Source of the DNA: Hyphochytrium catenoides
Lineage: Eukaryota > Protista > Hyphochytriomycota
Assembly (NCBI GenBank): GCA_900088475.1
Contig: FLMG01002637.1
Span: 8,312-72,311 of the forward strand
DNA length: 64,000 nucleotides
Direction: 5' to 3'
Within the stretch, counting starts at the first letter, position 1; each line of letters opens with the position of its first letter. The notes under the pieces were generated by a model, which saw only the letters and a program-made list of their open reading frames with translations, ran no database searches and was not told the origin of the DNA. The position numbers and the translations under genes were made by a program. Positions 59,401-64,000 of this stretch are shown piece after piece.

Positions 59401-60205
59401 GGACTGTTAGTAAGCGCAGTAACAACTATGAGGCCAGACCTTGCAAAGGTAGTGTTGTGCCAAGTGCCTGTCGCCGATCCGCTCACTACACTCAGTCGAG
59501 GTAACGTTAAGAGATGGAATGACTCTCTATATAATAGCCAAGCACCGTCCTCGCTGGCGGTGGTGGGTCAACAACAGCGGAGCAAATTGCTAACGTTAGA
59601 TCGCCTACAGACTTCTACTATGCAGGAGAGTATGGAAACGCAAATCAAGCGGAACATTTTGAGGTGAGCAGGCGCCCTAACACATTGCCCGTCTTCTGGC
59701 CTGACGCGTAGAGCAATCCTGACTTGTCCCTTTCCTGCCTCCTCCACTTCAATGCCACAGAACCTCCTGTCCTACTCACCCTACAGCAACATCAAGGAGG
59801 TAGCTTATCCAACAATGGTGGTCACAACATCTTTCTATGACGCTCGGGTAAGTGTTGTATCTTCACCCATCCGAGGAGCTAGCGCGGAGAGGAGTGGCAG
59901 TGTTTATGACATAAAGCACTTGCGGCAGTGGCTGACGCCTAGCTCTGTTGCTTTGCCCCTCATGTCAGGTTGGATACTGGGAGCCTGCAAAGCTTGTTGC
60001 AAAGTTTCGCCAAAAGAAGACTGATAGCAACCTTCTCTTATTCAATGCTCCAATAACGGGCGGACATGGTGGCCAAGACTATTATAAGGACTTTGCCATC
60101 TACCACGCATTCGTGCTGGAGCAGCTGGGCGTCGTGGTAGTTGCCGGACAGAATAAGAGTAGTTATACAAACACCTCTTCTTCGTCTACTGCACCTGGGT
60201 TCTAG
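56498..60205 (+). CDS. S9A serine peptidase (oligopeptidase B scaffold) with a signal peptide, ~13 exons
   Basis: N-terminal PPVAP..P....FG..NGEDRGPNPM.PP..DDY.WL. Catalytic-domain motifs SHDGAEVPMS, LYGYGGF, NVRGG.EKG..WW..G.LLKKKNSFYDFIACAE, GGSNGG (Ser), YDARV (Asp) and GGHGG (His). Exons join in frame via GT-AG introns. Confidence 0.9.
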
Positions 60206-61599
60206 CCTTCAATCTTTCTCTGTGACTCCCGCGGTTCTTTGGTCATTACCTAGCTAGCGGCAGAGATCAGCAGTACCTTGCTGAGAGCGAAAAAAAAAGA
60301 ACGAGGAGGATGCGCACAGTTTGTTGCTTGCTGCCATCCCATGTCATGGTCTTCCTTTCTTCTTCTGCCTGTGACTTTTCCACTTAAAAAATATATGACA
60401 ATTTTCTTTTGAATGATGCCTGCATGGGTGACGAGGCCTCTAGTGAGGTCACATTGACACCAGCCCCCAAGTAACCACTTACTTTATCCATAACGGAGNN
60501 NNNNNNNNNNNNNNNNNNNNNNNNNNNNNNNNNNNNNNNNGCCATCAAGGGCAGTTTAATCTTCTCCTTCTTTCTTCCGTCCTACTTGCCCTGTTCTGCC
60601 GATTGCTATGTAGGACAGAGCTCCTTTTTCGTCATTGGCTAGCTCATGTGCCAGCAAGGTCCATCTATAGTGTCATTCTTCTTGTTTGGGTTGTTCCTCG
60701 TCCTCTTGGCCCTTGAACCCTTTTTCACTACTTTTCTTCTTCCTTCCCTTCGTAGATGCTGGACCATGGCTTCTTTGTAAATATCTCCCCAGATCATCGC
60801 TCCAGGTGATGAGCGACAGTTGCCCACTTCTTCAGGTAGATGGTGGTGGAGGGGCCCATAGATGGCTGCAGAAGGCGTAAAAACACCGCTGGAATGCGTG
60901 TGGAATCCGCTACAGGCAAGAGGTCACTTTCTCTTCTGTATAAGGTTCGACTTTCGAATCTTGAAGTATAGGAGACCAAGGAGGGATCGAGAGAGAGAGT
61001 GAGAAGGTGCTNNNNNNNNNNNNNNNNNNNNNNNNNNNNNNNNNNNNNNNNNNNNNNNNNNNNNNNNNGACTTCGCATTGCGGGAACACGGGCAATCAAC
61101 AAAGTGTCTTCTACTGCAGAAGAAACATATTGAATATCATACGACGGAGGTGAGGAAAGAGTCTCATCATGATGAGAAGGCCAGACTACTACCTGAGAAT
61201 GCAAAGATAGAGTAGTAACAAGAGGGGCCGGATCAACAGGGTGTCTTAAGAACATGCCAAGAGGAAGAGGGCAGAAAGCCAAAAGAAAGAGAGATCCGTC
61301 GCCAGAGCCATTCGTTGACTCTTCGAGTACCCGTCCTGAGAATACTCTCAAAGAGAAGAGGCCGCATCCCATACACCGGCCGATCTCAGGCGCTGGTCAG
61401 TAGTTGAGGGAGTGCACAGTTAACACACTTGATGAGGAAGTGCACATATAATATCCTATGCCTTTGAAACTCTGGGCTTGGGAAGGAGCATAACCAGCGA
61501 TAGAATTGTCTAAGCTCTTCGTCTGGTACCGCGTTTTTTTAGCTCTTGTTGTTGACCGTCGAGGCAACTGATTAGTGGTAGATGTGTTAGTCGTCTTTA

Positions 61600-64000
61600 A
61601 CTTGGCGGTGAAAAAGCATCTGTCAATGGTTTCCGTACATCGTATTCAGGAACCCAAGAGGCCTCCGCCCGGTCGAAACCCTTTCCATCTAACCAGGTGC
61701 TCCACGCCGGTCCTAGTGAGACGTATGTCCAACAGCTCTTCTGCATTGTACTCTAGGGCTTGGGTGGCAGGCTCCACTACCCAAGAGGGGGGTTGAAGGC
61801 GCTCGAGAAGCAAACTCCTTCGGGTTTGGATGATAGGGCTTCAACCGGCTCTAATGAGAATCTGGATGTTGTCTCGCCATCGCTGGAGGCAAATCCAAGG
61901 TGGTATATGTATCTAACTCCTTAGCTGCTAGCACCTTGTAGGGTGTACTGTACCGCGGCAGCAGCTTCGGTTTGGGACGAAGCTGATCCATTTCGTCCAA
62001 GTTATAGTCAGTAGCTAACATGACCTTGTCTCCCACCCTGAACTGCAATACCGTGCGATGAGGGTTGTGAAGCGCCTCCATGTAATCCTGGCTAGCGTCC
62101 AGAGGGTGCTGTTGAGCGACGAGGAGTGTTACTCTGATGTTCTTCTCAAGTGTGGTGTGTCTGCTACACCGGAGATCAATCCATCCTTTCTTACCTGTTG
62201 GTAAGAGTTGGTTGTGACTGCAGCGAATGCCGCCATCAGAAATGTCACTGGCAAGTAGCCGCAAGCCAAATAGAAGGGAGCGAAGCCAGTGGCGGCGTGC
62301 TTCCTACTATTGTACGCAAACTCTATGAGGTGGAAATCGCGTTCCCAGTTCGTCATCTTGTAATCCATATAGCAGCGTAAGGCAGTCACCATTGCCTTAT
62401 TCACGATCTCCGTCGTGTGACCATCAGTCAAGGGCTGTGTGACGGAGACATGGCTAGAGAGGTGCCTAACCGTTTCTGAAGCTCGGTCCAGAATGCACTC
62501 GTAAATTTGCTGTGTCTGTCTGAGATGACGACTTGTGGGAGACCATGATGCTTCACCACTTCTTTCTTCAGGTAGAGTAGCGCCGCCTGCTAGGCTGTCG
62601 TCGACTTCCTCAGACGAAGTGCGCTTGTTTAGTAAGTTTGTCAACAACTACCATCACAGCGTCAAACCCTTCTGCCGTGCGGGCCAGGTCCACTATAAAA
62701 TGGATCAACATCGTGTGGCACTTGCTCGCAGAAGGGCTCTTGATTGGATGGATGACCCCGTGTCTTTGGTTCTTGCTCTTGGTTCTCGTGCAGACGATGC
62801 AAGAGTTGTTGAAGCGCTTAATATCTGTGTCCATTCTGGGCCAGAGAAAAAGGCGCATTAACTTCTCTTGTGACTCGTTGATACCATGGTTTGAGTCGTA
62901 GACGTTGTGCGTGCCTCCACCAAGAGTTGAGTGACGAGCTCCTTGTCTGCCCGGGGAATGCCGAGCTCCTTGTCTGCCCGGGGAATGCAAATCCTGTCGG
63001 CTCCGCTTCCTTCTTGTCGGACGGCCAGAATTAAGCTCGTGCTACGACATAACGCGAAGCGCTTGAGTCGGGCTGGAGTGACCTTAGTGTTCCTTCCAGG
63101 GTTCTTCAACGCTGTCCAAAGCTCCTTAAAGTACCCGTCCTGCTCGTTACCCTTCACTATCCGTTCGCATAGTTCGTCTGCCATCTTCACACCCGCTTCC
63201 GAGTAGGTAACTCCTGCAGTGTTAAGCTCTAGCGCTGTTAAATGGTCTGGTCTCCTGCTAAGGCATCGGCTACCACGTCGGGTGCTTCCGGAATATACTT
63301 CAGGGTCACATCGTAAGTGAGGAGAATGTCTAACCATTTCGCTTGGAAGCGATTGAGCGTCGACTGAGACAGGAGGAATGTGAACGAATGGTGATCCGTC
63401 CACATCTGGAAGTGCTTGCAGGATAAAACGCGGAACCAATCCTCTAGGCAAGACGTGATCGCCAGCAACTCCTTGTCATACACTGAGTAGTTTACCTCGT
63501 TTGGGTGGAGCTTCCTGGAAGCAAAGACTATTGGTTGGGGACCGTCTCCTTAAGTCCTGCATAATCACTCCTCCAATTGCAAAGTCTGAGGCATCCGTGG
63601 CAACAATGAACTCAGCGTTGGGGTCTGGAATGAGCAAGACTGGGGCCTTCACCATAGCAGTCTTCAGAGCTTTGAAGGCTGCATCAACAGACGACGCCCA
63701 CTTGAAATCTTTTCCTGAACTCTTCCGTCGTCAGATCAATGAGAGTGCTATCTCTGCGTAGCGTGCGAGAAACTTTCTATGTCAAGCCGAGGAACATCTT
63801 TACCACAGAGTTGGGCGTTGGCCAGTCCATCATCGCTTTGATCTTGGCCGGGTCAGACATCACTTTACCGTCACCAATGACGAAGCCCAGGAACTTCAGC
63901 TCTGACGGAAAGAACCTGCACTTGTCTCGGCTCGGGAACAGTAAAGCTTGTTGTGGTCGCTCAATCGCTGAAGAATCATCTCCAGGTGGCGTTGATGCTC
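61600..64000 (-). mobile_element. Degenerate chromodomain-bearing Ty3/gypsy LTR retrotransposon (RT end, RNase H, integrase, chromodomain); continues beyond the window
   Basis: LKFLGFVI..DPAKIKAMMDWPTP (RT), DASDFAIGGV and YDKELLAI..WTDH (RNase H), HG..FLWPRMDTDIKRF..SC..C and FDAVMVVVDKLTK (integrase), PKLLPRY..PYKV (GPY/F), EYNAEELLD..HLVRWKGF..ASWVPE (chromodomain). Many frameshifts. Confidence 0.92.

Noticed and set aside
60541-61600. 3' LTR of the gypsy element
   Set aside because: Position is plausible, but there is no clear PPT or TG...CA boundary, two N-gaps interfere, and the partner LTR is outside the window.

Overview
Eukaryotic genomic DNA with GT-AG introns, three short N-gaps and no prokaryotic operons. 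The host is most plausibly a stramenopile; this is an inference from RxL[Q/R] pro-peptide motifs, a WRKY19-like C-x4-C/C-x2-H zinc-finger protein and an oomycete-style tyrosine-recombinase relic. Contents in order: (1) a head-to-head pair of ~1,185-aa receptors in which two tandem PstS-like periplasmic-binding domains are fused to a class C (GABA-B-like, 7tm_3) GPCR; the right copy is intact, while the left carries three frameshifts, each a small local duplication. (2) A run of intronless secreted or surface genes with low-complexity tails, whose core domains resemble fungal or actinobacterial families: two Reeler-like proteins, a membrane-anchored DUF4142, a 'VAQRGxxDDC' protein and an 'RFGQ' protein. 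(3) A 7TM-RGS gene with a single in-frame TAA. (4) Intron-containing LARP6-like, GH47 mannosidase and signal-peptide-bearing S9A peptidase genes, plus an intronless zinc-finger gene. (5) Transposon relics: a Ngaro/DIRS-type tyrosine recombinase with split direct repeats, and chromodomain Ty3/gypsy copies of different ages. Best candidates for new biology are the PstS-PstS-GPCR receptors with a remodelled ligand pocket and the intronless, possibly horizontally acquired secretome island sharing an RxL motif. All family assignments come from motif recognition, not from database searches.
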